Shown here piece after piece: positions 59,847 to 64,000 of a stretch of DNA of 64,000 nucleotides. A model generated the notes under the pieces. It ran no database searches, was not told where the DNA came from, and was given only the letters and a program-made list of their open reading frames with translations. This stretch comes from the human T2T-CHM13v2.0 reference genome, Homo sapiens. Location: NCBI RefSeq assembly GCF_009914755.1, contig NC_060934.1; one strand, 5' to 3'. The translations under genes and the position numbers were made by a program. The number at the start of each line of letters is the position of its first letter. The first letter of the stretch is position 1.

Positions 59847-60205
59847 TGTATTAGTCTGTTTTCATGCTGCTGATAAAGATATACCCGAGACTGGGCAATT
59901 TATAGAGAAAAAGAGGTTTAATGGACGCACAGTTCCATGTGGCTGACAAGGCCTCACAATCATGGCAGAAGGTGCAAGGTATGTCTTACGTGGTGGCAGG
60001 CAAGAGAGAATAAGAGCCAAGCAAAGGGGAAACCCCTTATCAAACCATCAGATCTCATGAGACTTATTCACTACCATAAGAACAGTATGGGGAAACCACC
60101 CCCATGATTCAATTATCTCCCACTGGATCCCTCCCACAACACATGGGAATTATGGGAGCTACAACTGAAGATGAGATTGGGTGGGGATGCAGCCGAACCA
60201 TATCA
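59847..60205 (-). mobile_element. THE1 (THE1B/C-like) MaLR solo LTR
   Basis: tgtattagtctgttttcatgctgctgataaag...aaccatatca; 5-bp TSD tattg/tatgg. Confidence 0.95.
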
Positions 60206-60324
60206 TATGGTATATTCTACATATACAGTAGTTATTAGATAGTATTTAATAACCACAGTTATTAAGCATATGATTTCTGATGCCTGGCTAGTTGACTTTA
60301 AATTCTTACTCTCCTGCTTATTTT

Positions 60325-60858
60325 GGAAACTAATCTCCTAAGACAGATTCTCAACAAACCATGTTTCTTAGTACACATTCTCTGTCCTGTTAGCAATGCA
60401 GGCTGGCTCTGGGCAATAAAAGATGATAGTGACTTCCTGGGCTAGGTCATAAATGTCTTGCAGCTTCCACCTGGGACTTCTTGGGACATTTTCTCTGGGA
60501 AATCCAGGTATCTCTAACATGGTCAATCACTATGACACTGCCTTGCTGTGTGGAAGCCTGGACTTAGCCAAATGGAAAGCCACACAGAATAAGAGAGATG
60601 TGTCTACCAAACCCCCAGCTGTGCAAACCAACCCAGCAGAAACCCCTGACATGCAAAGGAAGTAGCCAGCATCTGTGTCCATCGCAACTAGGCCTTCAGT
60701 TGACTCAAGTTCTGGAGTAACAGGCCTACAGGCACAGGAAAGAGCCTCTTAGTCAGGTCAGGTCAATCCACACAACAGCATGGGAGAATTATAAATTATT
60801 GTTTTAGGCAATCACGTTTTGGGGGTGATTTATTGGATAGGAATAGACCCTTAGAACA
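60325..60858 (+). mobile_element. MLT1 (G/H-like) LTR inserted in a MIR
   Basis: gtgacttcctgggctaggtcataa...gcagcttccacc...aaattattgttttagg...ttttggggg...agaaca. Confidence 0.7.
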
Positions 60859-60997
60859 CTTAGACACTGTGTGAGTGTAACGAAGTTAATTTCCATTTAC
60901 CTCAATTACTTTATTGAGAAGATGGGGACAGTCTATATCTCCTAGGCTTGTGGAGCCTGGACTTTAATAAGGCCTTAGCTTTTACTACCCTGTAGAC

Positions 60998-61705
60998 CTG
61001 CACTGTTCAATATGGCAGCCACCGGCCACCTGTGCTAGTGGACATATGAAAGGTGGCTAGTCTCAGCTGAGGGTGCTATAAGTATAAAATACACAATGAT
61101 AGATAATAGAAGGATGGTTCCCAGAGGCTAGAAAGGTTAGTATGGGGTGGGGGGAAGGTGGGGATGGTTAATGAGTACAAAATATTGTTAGAAAGAATGA
61201 ACAATACCTAGTATTTGATAGCACCATAGAGTGACTATACTAAGAATAATTTAATTGTATGTTTTAAAATAACCTAAAGGAATATAATTGGGTGGTTTGT
61301 AACACCGAGGATAAACATGAAAAGGGATGGTTACTTCATTTTTCATGATGTGATTATTATGCATTGCATGCCTCTATCAAAATAGCACATGTACCCCATC
61401 AATATATACAACTACTATGTACCCACAGAAATTAAAAATAAAATATTTTTAAAAATACAAGAACAAACAAAATATACAATGAATTTTACATACATAGTGT
61501 GGAAAAAAGAGTGTAAAATATTGCATTAAAAATTTTAAATTGTGTTTACATATTGAAATTATAGTATCTTAAATATAGCAAGTTAAATACGGTATTTTAT
61601 TACAATTCTTCGTTTTCTTCCTTGAAATGTTCTCACCAGGAAAATTTAAAACTACAAATGTGGCTTGCGTGTGTGGTCTCATTTTATTTCCATTGCACAG
61701 CACTG
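60998..61705 (+). mobile_element. MER33 (hAT-Charlie DNA transposon relic) split by an L1MA insertion
   Basis: ctgcactgttcaatatggcagccac...tgtggcttgc...ttttatttccattgcacagcactg with terminal inverted ends. Confidence 0.85.
61100..61468 (+). mobile_element. L1MA 3' end nested in MER33
   Basis: agaaggatggtt...gttagaaagaatgaa...catgatgtgattattatgcattgcatgcc; TSD aaaatacacaatga / aaaatatacaatga. Confidence 0.9.
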
Positions 61706-61804
61706 CTTCAGGACAACAATAGCATTAGACCAAGACTTTGTGCCTCTAAAAACTTAGTATCTCTAAAAGCATCTGCCATATAGAAGGTGCAGAATATATA
61801 TATA

Positions 61805-62460
61805 TATGTACATTGTAGGTATACGTATTTATGTGGTGCATGAGATATTTTGATACAGACGTACAATGTGTAATGATCAAATCAGGGTAAATGGGATCTC
61901 CATCCCCCCAAGCATTTATCCTTTGTTATACAAACCATCCAATTACACTCTTTTAGTTAGTTAAAAATGTACAATTAAATTATCATTGACTATGATTATC
62001 TTGTTTTGCTATCAAATCCTAGATCTTATTCATTCTTCTAAATATTTTTTTTATCCGTTAACCATACCCACTCCTCCAGTCCCCACTATCCTTTCCAGCC
62101 CCTGGTAACTGTCTTTCTACTCTCTATCCCCATGAGTCCAATTCTTTTAACTTTTAGCTCCCACAAATACATGAGAACATGCAAAATTTGTCTTTCTGTG
62201 CCTGTCATATTTCATTTAACATAATGACCTCCAGTTTCATCCATGTTGTTGCAAATGACAGGGTTTCATTCTTTTTTATGGCTGAATAGTACTCCATTGC
62301 GTCTATGTACCCCATTTTCTTAATTGATTCCTCTGTTGATGGATACTTAGGTTGCTTCCAAATCTTGGCTACTGTGAATAGTGTTGCAACAAACTAGGGA
62401 GTATAGATATCTCTTTGATGTACTGATTTCCTTTCTTTTGGGTATGTATCTAGCAGTGGC
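61805..62460 (-). mobile_element. L1MA 3' end
   Basis: catgagatattttgatacag...caaatcctagatcttattcattct...ttgcaaatgacagg...ggttgcttccaaatcttggct. Confidence 0.92.
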
Positions 62461-62658
62461 AAAATAAATATTTGTTGAATAAATGAACAATGCTTGTCTA
62501 CATCCAAATTAGTTTTTTCTCATATTAGTAATGTTTCCCTAACCTTCTTAAATACTTCTGTGTGATGAGCCCATACATATTGAGTCTACTCATAGATAAT
62601 CCATGATTATTTGATATTCCCAGGATATAAATCTATTTGCAAATTCTAACTTAAAAAA

Positions 62659-62969
<311 letters not shown>

Positions 62970-63552
62970 TAAGGTAAGTTCCACGTTCACATAGTACGTA
63001 TGCATGTAAAACTTGCACAAATTTCTCCAAAGTCTTGGTCGGATTTGTTTACATTTGGGAAAAATTGCTGAATAAAGACATGTTTGCATCCTTTGCAAGG
63101 ACTTTAATGTAGCTCAAATAGGGTTATGTGGGGCAAAACTTCAGTGAAGTAAAAGTCAAGCAGTTATTTGTGTGTACCACATGTTTACCCCATGAAATAC
63201 TGTAGCGCAATTGCCCAGCCTCCCTCCTGAGGCACCATGCCATCTATGTTGAAAAATAGAAATGAGTGTATTGTTACCTATATACACATCTCCTGTGTCC
63301 TTTGTAGGTGATATAGAATTTTTTATTGCAATTGACAACATCAAGTTAGTTTAAACAGAGAGTAGCTTTTTAAGAAGGGGATGCAGTAGATACAGGAACA
63401 GTTAGAAGCATTATAGGAATAGATTAAACCACCAGGATCTGGACAGATGGATATAAAGGTGTCTCTGAAGAGGGACTGGAATCTCACCTTAAAGTAACCA
63501 CCTTGACCCTGTCTCTCCAGCTTGGTCCCAGCTGATGTTTCTATTTTCACCG

Positions 63553-64000
63553 AAACATTACTATTATTAACACAATAAACATTATGTAATAAAGATATAC
63601 TAATATTATATATTAGTATATAATATTGCTGTATAACAATATTCTTGTTATTATATATAGTAATATTGAGTCTTCCTTTACTTCCCAAGAATATTATGAG
63701 TAAAAAGAATCATTATGATGATGGATATTTGAACTCTGATGAAAGATAATTTATCAAGCCCAGATCAAATTATTAGTTGTAATTATGTCTATAAATATTC
63801 TTCCTGTTTCTGAGAGGACTATATCTCCCAAACTTTATTCTATGTTAGACACCACTGCCAACTCCCATGACCTGATTTTTGGAATATGTAACAGCTCTTG
63901 CCAAAGAAGTCTGACACAAATGAAGCGTCCTCTAGCCTCCAGGCTTCCTTATTCACACATTCTCTTTAAAAACATTTCTGACTGATGTCCGAGGCATCTA
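63553..64000 (+). repeat. Segmental duplication, copy 2 (paralog of 38844-39290), extends past window end
   Basis: Alignment continues to the last base (aggcatcta = 39282-39290). Confidence 0.97.

Overview
Great-ape (most likely human, possibly chimpanzee) AT-rich non-coding DNA, intergenic or intronic. I find no credible protein-coding gene, structural RNA gene, CRISPR array or prokaryotic feature. The listed ORFs are short and mostly lie in repeats. A large part of the window is interspersed repeats. These include one full-length SVA (3956-6000, 15-bp TSD, 20-bp SINE-R deletion), about 13 Alu/FRAM copies, many L1 fragments (including a ~5-kb old L1MC-like copy), an ERV1 solo LTR with a 4-bp TSD, two THE1 LTRs, MLT1/MLT2 LTRs, MER33, and MIR and L2 relics. 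Repeats do not explain four structures. (1) A direct duplication of 38844-39290 at 63553-64000 (offset ~24.7 kb, ~92% identical by hand count, running off the window end). (2) An older ~165-bp duplication, 6103-6268 / 7844-8021, with a perfect 25-bp GATA-containing core. (3) A 33-bp-arm inverted repeat at 48979-49058. (4) A 40-bp copy of 54939-54978 at 57113-57152 that looks like a templated insertion. Motif clusters suggest candidate enhancers at ~10.6-11.8 kb, ~46.4-46.7 kb and ~57.8-58.3 kb. I do not see evidence for a novel biological system. Repeat subfamily calls come from recalled consensus sequences, boundaries of old repeats are approximate, and I could not identify the locus.
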